From contig NC_057757.1 in NCBI RefSeq assembly GCF_004010195.1, positions 7,623,198-7,687,197 of the forward strand: DNA of 64,000 nt, written 5' to 3'. Below are positions 50,691-63,235 of the stretch, piece after piece. A program made the position numbers and the translations under genes. The notes under the pieces were generated by a model. The model made no database searches, had not been told where the DNA came from, and was given only the letters and a program-made list of their open reading frames with translations. The stretch comes from Chiloscyllium plagiosum (lineage: Eukaryota). Within the stretch, counting starts at the first letter, position 1; every line of letters begins with the position of its first letter.

Positions 50691-51073
50691 ATTGTGTTGC
50701 CCCTTTTTAAGGATTTGAATCTCCTGTAAAATTCTCCGCTCCAAGTTTTTTGCTCCCGATATTTCATCTCTATTTGATTCAGACAGAGAGAAACCTAACC
50801 CATCTTATGATTTGGTCAAGTCCTATTTAATCGAGTTTCATGGAGGGTTTCTCTCCACAAGGTGAAGTGCATTTACTCATGTTACCATCCCAATCTGTCT
50901 CATTAACTACGTGGTCTTCCTCTCATCTGACACTAACCCGATGTTTTTTTCCCCTTCGTCATAACAACTGCCCACTGCCTGGATATCCCAGAATGCACCG
51001 GCCTCCCTGTTAAAGTGGCCGTCTTTAAAAAGTCATTATACTCTTGGATTGTCAATCCGAAACTGCCCTAGAC

Positions 51074-51700
51074 ATGGCAGAGGGGGTAAAACTGTGGCCC
51101 CACTTTGTGGACAAGCCCCTGAAATTCTGGTAGATGACATGGTGCAGGGGAGGGACATTATCTTCCTCTAAGACTGGCAGGGAAGACCATGGCACCAGAC
51201 CCTGCCAGCTTCGCCCGAGATTTACTCATGTGTCAGTGAGGTGCCAGCCTTCTGGGTGAATGCCCAGCAGTGTAGGAAGAAGGTCAGTGACCTTTTCCAC
51301 TCCACCCGGGTAAGTGCCATCATCTGCAATTTCTAAACGCTCCCTCACTCTCTCCCCCTTACTGCACCCACCTCATACCAAGGCTCATGTTCTCCCACCC
51401 TCACACCTGTAACTGCATGTGACTTACCCACCCTAACTGAATGCAGCACCTTCTGTCAGTCTCTCCAAACTCATCTCTGCCCCTCTCGCCAACTCTGCCT
51501 GGTGTCTGTCATGCCTACTTACTCACTCAGGCCACCTCGCCACCTTTCCCTCAGCTGTCCCAGCACTAACAGCTGTAACAACCACTTCCATCTTCTTTAA
51601 TACCTGTTGCTAATTTTCACATCCGTGAAGGAACCATCCCACAATAGGAGAGAAAGAACTAAGAGAGATGGGGGCTCCCCAACATTCAGCTCTTCACCCC
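51074..51700 (+). pseudogene. Decayed Myb/SANT-like gene of PIF/Harbinger type, two exon remnants
   Basis: EILVDDMVQGRDIIF..EIYSCVS..NAQQCRKKVSDL..R|gtaagt, then HNRRERTKRDGG; contains a frameshift and a stop. Confidence 0.65.
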
Positions 51701-51977
51701 ATCACAGAGCAAGGATCCTGACACTAACAACCACGAGAGACTGACTGAGAGTGCCCAAGCTCCCGCATTGGGATCTAAGACACCCCTTGTCTCACTGTGC
51801 TGGGCACCGTGACTGACTGGAAAATGATAGCAGGCTTCCTGGTTTTGTGGTTGTGCTAACTACCAATACAATACAGCAGGCGGGTGAGCCTGGTAGCTCT
51901 GGCTGAGGGGAGACACTGCTGAGGGCAGGGTAAGGCAAGGTAATAATTCTGTGAGCATTGAAGTCAGGTCAAAGTTA

Positions 51978-52246
51978 GTGCGTTCAAACATGGAGTGAGC
52001 AGCCCAGACGGACAGCCTGTGAGCTGGGTGTGTGTTCCTGATCACAAAGTCCTTGCAGCAGCATTGAGTGTGTACAAACACGGAGTGAGCAACCCTAAGG
52101 GACAGTCCATGAGCTGGGTGTGTGTCCCTGATCACAGTGTCCTTGCAGCAGTATTGAGTGCGTACAAACACGGAGGGAGAAGCCCAGAGGGGTAGTCCAT
52201 GAGGTGGGTGTGTGTCCCTGAGCACAGTATCCTTGCAGAAGCATTT
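51978..52246 (+). repeat. Tandem repeat, 90 bp x 3
   Basis: Units start at 51978, 52068 and 52158. Confidence 0.92.
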
Positions 52247-52639
52247 CAATGAGAGTTGTCAGTGCACCATCAGATGCAGCATTGAAGTACAGAAGCGTAC
52301 TGTCAGTGGGTCGGAGATGTGCTGGGATGGCATGGTGAGGCTGGCATGTGTCAGATGACAGCGTTGATGGGTTTGGAGTACATGCAGCTTCTGTCTGTGC
52401 AGTTTCCCCCGAGACGCTGCTGTCCAAGATAGAAGGCTGCTGGAGCGGGGGGCGAGATGGAGTCATCAGTTACCAGCTTGTACTTTCACGTCCAATTCTC
52501 CATATTGAGTTTCCCTACTGTGGGAGGGAGGGTATGAAGCTGCAAGTTGTTGAGCAGAGATCCACTGTATGTGGCTGTTGATCATCAGTAATCATTCAGT
52601 CAACATCTTGCCACTACTGCACTCAAATCTTGTTTTAAA

Positions 52640-53830
52640 GACCAGTCCACCACAAGAACTGGCCCTTCATCCCAGCAAGCCCACACTGACACATGATGCA
52701 GTTCTAAAGTTAAAAAAGAAAGTTTTTGCTCCGACACCCACTATGTCATTCTGTTCCCTACTTACTCATATTTGTACCAAGATGCCTTGCTATATTAGCT
52801 CCTTCTCCTCTATCATTGCATTCCAGGCACTTACACATCCTGTCTGGAAAAGCAAAAATAAACCTTGCTGATCATATCTCCTAAACTTTCTCCCTTTTAC
52901 CAAAAACCTACGGTCCTGAGCAATTGATATTTTTACTCTGGGAAAAAGCTTCTAACTGTCCTTCTATCTATGCCTCTGATAATTTTGTAAATATGTATCA
53001 GGTAGCCCCATAGCCAATGATGGCTAGATGCACACAAACCATATGTGTTCAACTTCTCCTTCTGGCTAATACACTCCAAACCAGACAACATGCTGGTCAA
53101 CCTTTCCATACGCTCTCCAACACTTCCACATCATTCTGCTGGTGTGGCAACCAGTACTGTGCACAATATTCTAAATGTCCACGAACTAAGTTTCTCTTCA
53201 GCTGCAATATGACCTGTTAATTTTCATACTGCACGCTCCGATGCATGTCTGCAAGTTTGCCGTCAGATTCTTGATCACCCTATCCACCCGTGTTGCCATT
53301 TCCCGGGAATTGTAGAGCTGTGCACCGAGATCCCTTCGAATGTTGATGCAATTAGTAGTTTTTCCATCCACTTTAAACTTCTCTCCTGCATTAGACCTTC
53401 TAAGATGCATCACGTTGCAACAGTCCAGATAAGGTTACTTCTGCGTTTTCTCTGTCCAAGTCTGCAGCTGACCTACATCCTGCTGTATTCTCTGGCAATC
53501 ATCCTCACAATCTGCAACTCCACCAAAATATTTACAGATCTCCAGTCGCAAAAACACTGTTCCACCACTACTCTTTCATCCATGATCAAGCAGTTCTCTA
53601 TCCATCTTACTAACTGACCGCTGATCCCATTTCACTTCACCTTCTGTATGAGCCTGCCATAAGGAACCATATCCAAGGCCTTGCTAAGGTCCAGACGGCC
53701 AACATTCAGCCCCACGCCCTCATCAATCAATTTTGTCACTTCCACAAAATAATCAATCATGTTTGTGAGACAGTATCGTCCCGACACAACTGCATTACCT
53801 GTTGTTCGTAAGTCCATATTAGAGTACTGT
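52640..53830 (-). mobile_element. Degraded CR1 RT/3' fragment
   Basis: CLTNMIDYFVEVTKLIDEG..LDLSKALDMVPYGRLIQK. Confidence 0.8.
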
Positions 53831-53892
53831 TGGAGCTGCACTCATTCAGACAAGTGATTATTCCATCATAGTCCTGACTTGAACATTGGAGG

Positions 53893-54132
53893 TTAGATTA
53901 GATTCCCGACAGTGTGAAAACAGGTCCTTTGGCCCAACTAGTCCACACCAAATCTCAGAAGAGTAACCCACCCTGACCTGCACGTCTTTGGACTGTGGGA
54001 GGAAACCGGAGCACCCAGAGGAAACCCACGCAGCCCCGGGGGGAATTTGCAAACTCCTCACACACAGTCACCTAAGGCCAGAATTGAACCTAGGACTTTT
54101 GTGCTGTGGGGCAGTAGTGTTAAGCACTGAGC
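53893..54132 (-). mobile_element. HE1-type SINE
   Basis: (ttaga)n tail and SINE core. Confidence 0.85.
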
Positions 54133-54140
54133 TCTTGACA

Positions 54141-54316
54141 GTTACTGTGCAGTGGGAGGTATGTTGGGCGTGATGGTTCCTGTACAGTGGGAGGTATGTC
54201 GGGCCGTGATGGTAACTGTGCAGTGGGAGGTATGTCGGACTGTGACTGTTACTGTACAGTGGGAGGTATGTCGGGCCGTGACGGTTACTGTACAGTGGGA
54301 GGAATGTCGGGCTGTG
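54141..54316 (+). repeat. Minisatellite, 36 bp x about 5
   Basis: Unit gttactgtacagtgggaggtatgtcgggccgtgacg. Confidence 0.92.
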
Positions 54317-54329
54317 AAGTTGCAGACTG

Positions 54330-54760
54330 AGTTGTCCAGAGTATGATTCGGCCGCTGCTGCTGGCCAATTGCACCTCATAGATGCATCATCATTTGTTGC
54401 TCAATCTGTTTAATGCCAGTCCCATGAGGAACCCATATCATGGTGAGTTGGGTCAACAAAATGTGAAGATAGCCCTTGCTTCCCATAAGGACTGTGCAGT
54501 GACCATTCTTAACGATATACGAAATGGAGAGGTGTATCTGCAGCTGGCAGATCGGTGACAATGTGGTCCATTATATGTTTACCTTTTACTGATTCCCTCA
54601 TAACCTGCCACAGAGCAGTCTTGCAGCCGCAGGATCCAGCATCAATGCTGAGCACTGTATTGAATATATACCAAGGAGCTGCCCCCTCAGCCTGGCTATG
54701 TCCTGTCAGTGTGACAGAACCTACCAGAGAGGGTGGTGAAGTTACCAGGAACGTAGTCCT
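54330..54760 (-). mobile_element. LINE endonuclease remnant (CR1/L2 group)
   Basis: QVMRESVKGKHIMDHIVTDLP resembles the PTRG..LDL and SDH endonuclease motifs. Confidence 0.55.
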
Positions 54761-55439
54761 GTTCACAGAATCCTGTTTTGCAGACAATATCTGACTTTTT
54801 TTTATTAGTCCGTGGGAAATATACAACAGGTCACTTTTACATTTTGTATAATGAAGTGTTAATATCACTTTGTTTCTTACATATTTTAAAATAAACCAAA
54901 CATCATTGTATTTCAGTTGAAAACAATTGAAGTGAATAATAGTTGAAATACCAGAGCGCACACCAACTATTACGCAATTCAGTGACTGTCGCAAACAGCC
55001 GATTCATGTTCAGATCAGTGAACACACCATCTTGCAGGCAGCAAAGCTGTTGGAAATGACTTTGAGGAAAAGCCTAAATTCAGACACAGTGTTACTGGCC
55101 CTCACCATGACCTCCAAAATACTGGCCATCTCCAGAATCTGTCCAGAGAGCTTGCAAACTGGATCTGGGCAGTTACTCACACAATCCCTCACAATAGACT
55201 GATTGGAGACATGCCTGAACAACGGAGAGATGTGAGTGGGGAAAACTGGTCAATGGACTAGCACATGGCGCTAATCCAGACACAGTTCAGCATTTGTAAC
55301 AATGACCTGCAAACAACCATGTCCTGCAAGAATATCCCTTCTGGTATGGCACCTAAACTCTGTAATTCTGTACCTTGGACCTGATCCTGAATGAAGGTGT
55401 TATAAAGGTTATGGGCTCCTGCAGCACATGGCATCTTAC

Positions 55440-55640
55440 ATTGCTTCTGTCTATTTAAGAGCTCGGTAGTGTGGAATGTGAATGTCAGTGTCTGTGTGAT
55501 GCTCGGTACGTAGGCCGTGCCTCTGAGAGACTGACAGATTGTTTAAAACAGCATATCCCTTCAGCTGTTCACAACAAACAGGTTACTGCCTGGACTCTAA
55601 CAGCCTGAGCTCACAAAACCCAAAGCACAGTGTCCAGCAT
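55440..55640 (+). mobile_element. PLE GIY-YIG fragment (further family)
   Basis: CQCLCDARYVGRASERLTDCLKQHIPSAV. Confidence 0.65.
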
Positions 55641-56763
55641 TGAGCAGGTCTGGACTATATTTTCATTTTCATTTATACATGGAATATGATTGGGCCAGTA
55701 TTTATTGCCCAGCTCTTGTTCCCATTGAGAAGGTGAGAGTGATCTGCCATATTGAACCACTGCAGTCAATGTGCTGTAATTAGACTTACGATACCATTAG
55801 GAGGGAACTTGAAATAGTGGCACTGAAGGAACGGCAATATACTTCCCAATCAGGATGGTGGAAGGGAAAGCGAACATGGTGATGATCCCATGTATTTGTT
55901 TCCCTTGTCCTTCTTCACAGTCATGGTTTCAGAGGTACGTTGTAAGAAGCCTTGATAAATTTCTGCAGGGCACCGTGTAGATGGCAGGTATTGCTGGTCC
56001 TCAGTGTCAGTGGATGAGGGGTGAAGCTGCATTCACAGGCAAATGGGGAGGGGGCGGGTATTTTATTGCACACACATTCAATGTGTGTCTTATAGATGGT
56101 GTACACGTTTTGGAAATCATGAGGTATGTTATTTCTGCAGGATTCCTAGCCCTTGAGATATTCTTGTAGCCAATTAATTCATATGCATCAAAGTGTGGCG
56201 CTGGAAAAGCACAACATTTGAGGTACAGGAGAGTCAACTTTTTAGCATAAGCCCTTCACAGGAATGGGTAATGAAATTATATTGTCAGTCCAGTTCTGGT
56301 TAATGGTAATCCCCGGGAGATTGGTCGTTGGGAGTTCAGTGATGCTGGTGACATTGAACGTTAGAGGTTATGGTTCCATTTTCAATTGTTAGAGGTAGTC
56401 GTTGTCCGGCATGTGTGCAATGGGAATTGTACTTGTCACTGGTAAGTACACACCTTCATATTCCCGGGTCGTTGTTGCATTTGGATAAGGATTGCTTCAG
56501 TATCAGAGTAAATCATATATTGTGTTGAATACTGTCCAATCATTGACAAACATCCCCAGTTGTAACTTCACTTGAGTAGGGATGGTCAATTATGAAGCAG
56601 CTGAAAATTATTGCGCCTAGGGCAGAGAGCTCACTTACAGCTCAGTGATACTGTCCCTCTCTCTGAGCTAGGAAGCTTGTTTCTAGTTTCACCTGCTCCA
56701 GAGGTGTCTAACAACATATCTGAATTGAATAATATTACAGTATCTTCCCAAGGAGTTGAGTGA

Positions 56764-56985
56764 GGACTTGGTTAGCTCAATCAGTTGGACGACTGGTTTG
56801 TAATACAGATTAATACTAATAGTTTGGGTTCAATTCCTGCACTTACTGAGGTGTCTGAAAAGGGCTGTCCTACTCAAGATCTCCCTCATGTGCGGCATGA
56901 TGACTGTCCAGTTAAACTATCACCCGTCGTCGCTGTCTAACGAGAGAGTAGCCCTATCTTCCTGTCGAGTATGGTGCCCTACATT
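56764..56985 (+). mobile_element. Ancient tRNA-derived SINE, family unassigned; related 3' part at about 6295-6420
   Basis: tagctcaatcagttgg A box, ggttcaattcc B box; 3' part matches 6340-6415. Confidence 0.6.
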
Positions 56986-57621
56986 TCAGTTTCTAATCTA
57001 CAGGCTTATCCAAAAAACCCTCCGCTGGGGAGCGGTGGCGGAGCTGAGATGATTGTTCTCTACTAACCTCAGCCACCTTCCTTTGTACCAGCTGTAACTT
57101 CTGCCAATGCAGACGATTCCTATTTGCTCCAGGTTTGCCGTTAATCCTGGATACAGCATTTGGTCAAATGCAGTTATGATCATTTTAACTGTCACTGTCA
57201 CCTTACCTCTAGAATTCAGCTATGTGTTTTCTTGTTGGACATCGTTAAACCAAGGCTTCAATGAGCCGAAGGGATGAGAACCCAAACTGAGCTTTAGTGA
57301 GCAGGTTGGTGCTGAGAAAATGCTGCTTGATCCCACTGTAGGTGACATCTGCCATCCCTTTATTAATGATAGAGATGAGAGCAATGGGGCAGTCATTGAT
57401 TGTCTGATTTTTTTTCTGTGTATGTACAGGACACACCCGGATAGTTTCCCACATTGTCAGATAGATGCCAGTGCTGTATCCCAGCAGGAACAGCCTGAAT
57501 GGAATGTTATCAGAGCGACAGCCTTTGCATTCTGCAATGCCTCCAGCTGTTTGTAAATACCACACACAGTTAATAGGAATAGCTGAAGACTGCCATCTGG
57601 AGGAGACGAAAATAGATCGAG

Positions 57622-57833
57622 TAGGAGAAAGTGAGGACTGCAGATGCTGGAGATCAGAGCTGAAAAATGTGTTGCTGGAAAAGTGCAGCAGGTCAGGCAG
57701 CATCTAAGGAGCAGGAGAATCTACGTTTCTGGCATGATTCCTGAAGAAGGGCTCATGCCCGAAACGTCGATTCTCCTGCTCCTTGGATGCTGCCTGATCT
57801 GCTGCACTTTTCCAGCAAGACATTTTTCAACTG
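57622..57833. mobile_element. Fold-back PLE terminal repeats
   Basis: Inverted arms; TSD aaatagatc at 57610-57618 and 57834-57842. Confidence 0.88.
57736..57773 (+). ncRNA. Minimal type I hammerhead ribozyme motif
   Basis: gattc CTGAAGA a gggc-tcat-gccc GAAAC GTC gattc. Confidence 0.75.
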
Positions 57834-58696
57834 AAATAGATCCTACCATTGATATTTCTGTCTGAATACTTTTGTGAAAGTTGCAGCCTTAGCTTTTCTA
57901 TTATTGTGCTGGGCTCTTCAATCTTTGAAGAAGGTGGTATTTGTGGATCCTCCTTCTCCAATGAGTTGTGTGATTGTCCACCACCACTCAACCAGACTGC
58001 GAGAGGATTGCAGAGATTTGGTCTGATTCATTGGTTAGATCTATGTATCATTTGCTATTTATACCATGTGGTGAGTAAGTGACCCAATTTAGTAACTTCA
58101 TCTCATTCTGAGGTGTACTTGGTGATACTATAGGCAGGCCCTACTGTATTCTCCATTTAACAAGGGCGTATTATCCTGGCTTGTTGGTCAGGATAAAGTG
58201 GAGCATACGCCAGGCAGTCATAGTGAAAATTATACTGGAGTACAAGTCTGCTGCTGTTGGTAATGACCCGAACCACCTCACACAGGCCAGTGCAAAGTTC
58301 CAGAATCTATTGGAAATCTGCCCTGCTTATCACAGTGATGGTGTCACATATACACAGGGGGTCTTCACGATGTAAAAGTGGAACTTTGTCTCCAGAAATA
58401 CTGTGTGCAGTAGTCAAAATTTCCAATATGGTCATTGAACAATGTGTCTGTAGTCGGTAGGTTGGTGAGGATGAGGTCAAGGATATTACTCCCTATGAGT
58501 CGTTCCCCCTTACCCGGTGCAGACGCAGTGAAGCAGTTGCGTCCTTTTGGGACCCGACCACCTCGATCAGCAACGCTGCTGCTGAGCTCCCCTTGATTTT
58601 GAAATGGCCCACCCAGTATACATTCTCCAGCTCTGTCAGTCTCTCAGTGCTTCCTCCAAGAGTTGTTAAATGTAGAGGGACACTGATCCACCAGCT

Positions 58697-58930
58697 CAGG
58701 CAGGGGAGTCATCAGGAGGTTTCCGTGTCAGTGTTTGGTCTGACACCGTGAGACTGAGGGAGAGGAGTCAGTAGGAGGTTTCCGTGTCAGTGTTTGATCT
58801 GACACCGTGAGGGTGAGGGAGGGGAGTCAGCAGGAGGTTTCCGTGTCAGTGTTTGATCTGACCCCGTGAGGCTGAGGGAGGAGAGTCAGCAGGAGATTTC
58901 CGTGTCCGTCTTTGATATGATCCCATGAGG
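58697..58930 (+). repeat. Minisatellite, 59 bp x about 4
   Basis: gagtc recurs at 58706, 58765, 58824 and 58883. Confidence 0.92.
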
Positions 58931-59179
58931 TTTTGTTCTGTCACATTGTTGCTTGAGCAGTCTGGAGGACATCTCTCTCAATTCTGGCATAAGCGCCAAT
59001 GCATTAGGAAGGAGGAGTTTGCAGGGTCTACAGGGTTTTTTATTTTATTACAGTCAACAGAAGGGCTTCTCCTGTGTGTATGAAACTGACTCTGGCTCTC
59101 GTGATTAGACAATCCAAGGTCTCACTCCTTCAATTACTCTCTGTCCCTTGTCTGTCCTTCATCAACCAATCTGTCACTG

Positions 59180-60200
59180 TAAATATCTGCAGAACCGTCC
59201 TCCACCCTACCTCTTTAAACTCCTCCAAACTCTATACCCCTCCGTATCTCTGTAACGTCTTCCAATCCCTACACCCCTCACTATCTCACTAAACACCTCC
59301 AAAACCTACACCCCTCCCAGTCTCTCTCATCTACTCCAGCCTCATACCCTTCCTATCCCTGTAACCTCCTCCAAACCCTACCCTATCCCCATCTCCAAAC
59401 TCCTCCAAATGCTGTACCTCCCTATCTCTGTAACTTCCTCCAAACTCTACCCCTCCCTACCTCTCTGTACACCTTCAAACCCTACACCCCTCCCTATCTC
59501 TCTCACCTACTCCAGCCCAACAACACTCCCTCTCTCTGCAAACTCCTCCAAACCCAGATCCTTCCTTATCTGTCTAACCTCATCCAAATCCTACTCCTCT
59601 CCCTAGCTCTCTCACCTCTTCCAAACCCAGATCCCTCCCTATCTCTCTAACCTCCTCCAAACCATATGCCCCTCCCTATCTCTCTCACCTACTCCAGACC
59701 CCATAACACTCCCTATCTCTGCAAAGTAATCCAAACCCAGATCCTTCCTTATCTCTCTAAACTCGTCCAAAACCTACTCCACTTCCTAGCTCTCTTATCT
59801 CCTCCAAACAAAGATCCCTCCCTATCTCTCTAACCTCCTCGAAACCCTGCACCCCTCCCTATATCTCTGACATCCTCCAAATCCTACCCCCATTCCTGTC
59901 TCTCTAAACTCCTCTAAATCCGTCATCCCTCCTTACCTCTCTACACTAGTCCAAACCCTATACCCTCCCTATCTCTCTGACCTACTTCTAACTCTATACA
60001 CCTCCCTATCTCTCCAATACTCTCCACATCCTTCACCTCTCCCAACCTACATATCTCTCTAAGCTGCTCTCAAATATACCCTGTCGCTGTAACCTTGTCC
60101 AGCCACACCCCACTCCCGACCTTTGTAAACTTCACCAACCACTAGGCTCTCATGATCTCTGTAACCTCCTCCAGCCTCTCCATACCGCCCTATAATTCTG
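59180..60200 (+). repeat. C/T-rich satellite, about 35-37 bp unit ccctccctatctctgtaacctcctccaaaccctac
   Basis: More than 20 recognisable diverged units. Confidence 0.88.
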
Positions 60201-60244
60201 GCATTCTCAGTACCTCTACCTTTTCTTATGTATATAACAACCAT

Positions 60245-62413
60245 AAACATGTTTAGTTTGTGATGGAAAGCGATAGGTACACGCCACAGGCCAAGCGTTA
60301 TCAATGGGGGAAGGGCAATTGTAACGCGATTAGGCAGGACGTATGATGCATAGAAAGGGGTAGCAATATGCAGGGAATGGGGATAATCGAAATGTGAAGC
60401 TGGTTCAAAGAACAGACATCACGTGTCCTTGAATAGCATGCCTCTATCAGGCAGGGAGGTAGTGATAATGTAAGGGAACCGTGGTTTACTACAGAAATTA
60501 GATCTCTTGTTAAGAAGAAGAAGGAAGCTTATGTGACGATCAAACGATGGAGCGTTACAGATTAGTTAGGAAGGAATTAAAGAGAGTTAAGAAGAGCAAA
60601 GACAGGACATGAGTAGTCTTTAGCTGCTCGAATAAAGGAGAATCCTAAAGCTTTGTATAGGTACATTTGGAAGAAAAGGATAACTAGGGTAGGAATAGAG
60701 CCAGTCAAAGACAGAAGTGGAAAGTTGAGTGTGGATTCTGTGGAGATCAGAGAGGTGCTAAACGAACCTTTGTCATTGGTTTTCACTCTGGGAAAGGAAA
60801 GTATTATAGAGAAGAATGAGATGCGAGATATTTAACGAGAAAGGATCGAGGTTGGTAAGGAAGAGGTGTTATCAATTCGAGAAAGAGTGAAAGTGGAAAC
60901 GCCCCCTGAGCCGGGTGGGATTTATTCGAACATTCTCTGGGGCGCTAGGAAGGAGTTGTTGGAGCCTTTGGCTTTGATATTTGAGTCTTCATTGTCTACT
61001 GTCTACAGGTTTAGTACCAGAGGACTGGAGGATTGCAAATGTTTGCCCTTGTTCAAAAAGGGCAGTACAGATGGCCCAGGCAATTACAGACCAGTTGACC
61101 TTATGTGTGTGTAGGAAATATTTTGGAAAGGATTATAAGAGATAGGATTTATAATCATTTAGCAAGCAACAATTTGATTGCAAATAGTCAACATGGTCAT
61201 GTCTCTCAAACCTCATTGAGGTTTTTGAGAAGGTGACCAAGCATGTGTAAGAGGGTAAGGCAGTTGACGTGGTGTCCATGGACCTCAGTAAAGCATTTGA
61301 CAAGGTTCCACATGATAAGCTGTTGGAGTAAATGCAGAGGTGTGGGATTGAGGGTGATTTAGCAGTTTGGATTAGAAACTGGCTTTCTGTAAAAGGCAGC
61401 GAGTGGTGGTCGACATAGAGTCCGGTAACTATGGTGAGCCACAAGGATCTGTTTTGGGACCACTACTGTTTGTCATTTTTATAAATGACTTAGATGCAGG
61501 CATAGGTGGATGGGTTAGTAAGTCTGCAGATGACACTAAAATCGGAGGAGTAGTGAACAGTGTGGAAATATTTTGCGGGTTAAAGGGGCACTTGGGCAAA
61601 CTGCAGAATTGGGCTGAGAGGTTCAATGGAGTTTCAATGCAGCTAAATATGAGGTGATTCCTTTTGGGAAGAATACCAGGAAGGCAGAATACTTGGTCAA
61701 TGGAAAGACTCTTGGTAATGTGGATGTGCAGATGGATCTTGGTTTCCATGGACATAGATCCCTGAAAGTTGCTACCCAGGTTGATAGTACTGTTAAATAT
61801 TCATACGGTGTGTTAGGTTTTATTCGTAGAGGTATTGAGTTCTGGAGCCGTAATGTCATGCTGCAACTATGCAAAGTGCGGCCACACTTGGAATATTTTG
61901 TGCATTTCTAGTCGCCCCATTACAGGAAGGGTATGGAAGCATTGGAAAAGGTGCAGTGGAGATTTACCAGGATATTGCCTGGTCTGGAGGGAGGGTCTTA
62001 TAAGGAAAGGCTGAGAAACTTGGGTCTGTTCCCATTGGAGAGAAGAAGGCTAAGAGGGGATTTGATAGAGACATACAAGATGATCAGAAGATTGGATAGG
62101 GTAGACAGTTAAAGCCGTTTTCCTCAGACGATGACATCAGCTTGTACGGAGGGGCATAGCTACAAATTGAGGGGTGATAGGTTTAAGACTGATGTCAGAG
62201 ACAGGTTCGTTGCTCAGAGAGTAGTAAGAGCGTGGAATGCCTTGCCTGCCAATGTACTTAACTCAGCCACGTTCGGAGGATTTATACAATCCTTGGATAA
62301 GCACATGGATGATGATAGAACAGTGTTGGGGGATTGGCTTAGATTAGTTCACAGGTCAGTGCAACATCGAGGGCAAAAGGTATGTTCTGCACTGTACTGT
62401 TCTATGTTCTATG
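60245..62413 (+). mobile_element. 5'-truncated CR1/HER1 LINE (RT to tail)
   Basis: PGNYRPV, PQGSVLGPLLFVIFIND, KSADDTKIGG; tail tgttctatgttctatg. Confidence 0.92.
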
Positions 62414-62419
62414 AACACT

Positions 62420-63235
62420 TACATCTTCCCCACTTCAGTAACCACACGCAGTCACTACAGCCCTCTTCATCTCTGAACCTCCTCCACCCACTTCATTCTT
62501 CGCTATCTACGTAGACTCCTCCAGCCGCTCTACCCCTCCCCACCTCTGTGAACTTCATTCATCATCGATGGTTTTCCTGACCTCTGTCTTCTCCTCCAGC
62601 CTCTTCACACTTCTCTATATCGCTGACATCCTCCAATATCTAAACCTATTCTTTTCTGCATAACCTCCACCAATGCATACATCTTCCAGTCCTCCACCCC
62701 TGCTGATCTCTGTAATCTCCTGCAGTATCTTCAGTCCTTCCTATCACTGTGGCTTCCTTCATCACATATATCCTTCCATATCTCTGGAACCAACTCTCGC
62801 AATTTGTGTTGCAGACGTTTCATCCCCTGTCTCGGTGACACGTCTAGGGGACGAAACATCTGCAACTCAAATTTCCAGCTCGGTGAACAGAACCACAACA
62901 ACGAGCACCAGAGCTACAAATCTTCTCACAAACTTTGAACACCAACTGTAGCAATTACATGCTACCCTCTCGTTATAAACTTCACAAGCTCCTCCATTCC
63001 TCCCTGCCTTTGGAAACACTTACAGCCCCTCCAGCCTTCTCTAATTTTATAAAGTCTTCTAGCACATACACCCGTCCGTATCTCGGTAATCTATCTGTTT
63101 TATTGCAGCTTCCTCACATCTGTAACACCCTCCTGAACCTATACCTCCATATCACTATAACTTTATCTAACCCGAAGCTCCTCCATATCTCTGTGAACTT
63201 TTCACTGTATTCATTGACATGCATCCACAATCTTT
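62420..63235 (+). repeat. Degenerate C/T-rich satellite, with a fold-back PLE remnant at about 62795-62938
   Basis: Same unit as at 59.2-60.2 kb; ttgcagacgtttc versus gaaacatctgcaac inverted. Confidence 0.7.

Larger units (their letters stand above)
55680..58690 (-). mobile_element. Older non-LTR (CR1/L2 group) element, fragmented, with nested SINEs and PLEs
   Basis: WETIRVCPVH..DCPIALISIINK..QHFLSTNLLTKAQFGF; 3' end resembles those at about 37930 and 63550. Confidence 0.65.

Noticed and set aside
54376..54561. LMGSKGYL as the Harbinger transposase LLGDxGY motif
   Set aside because: The adjacent frame fits a LINE endonuclease C-terminus better.
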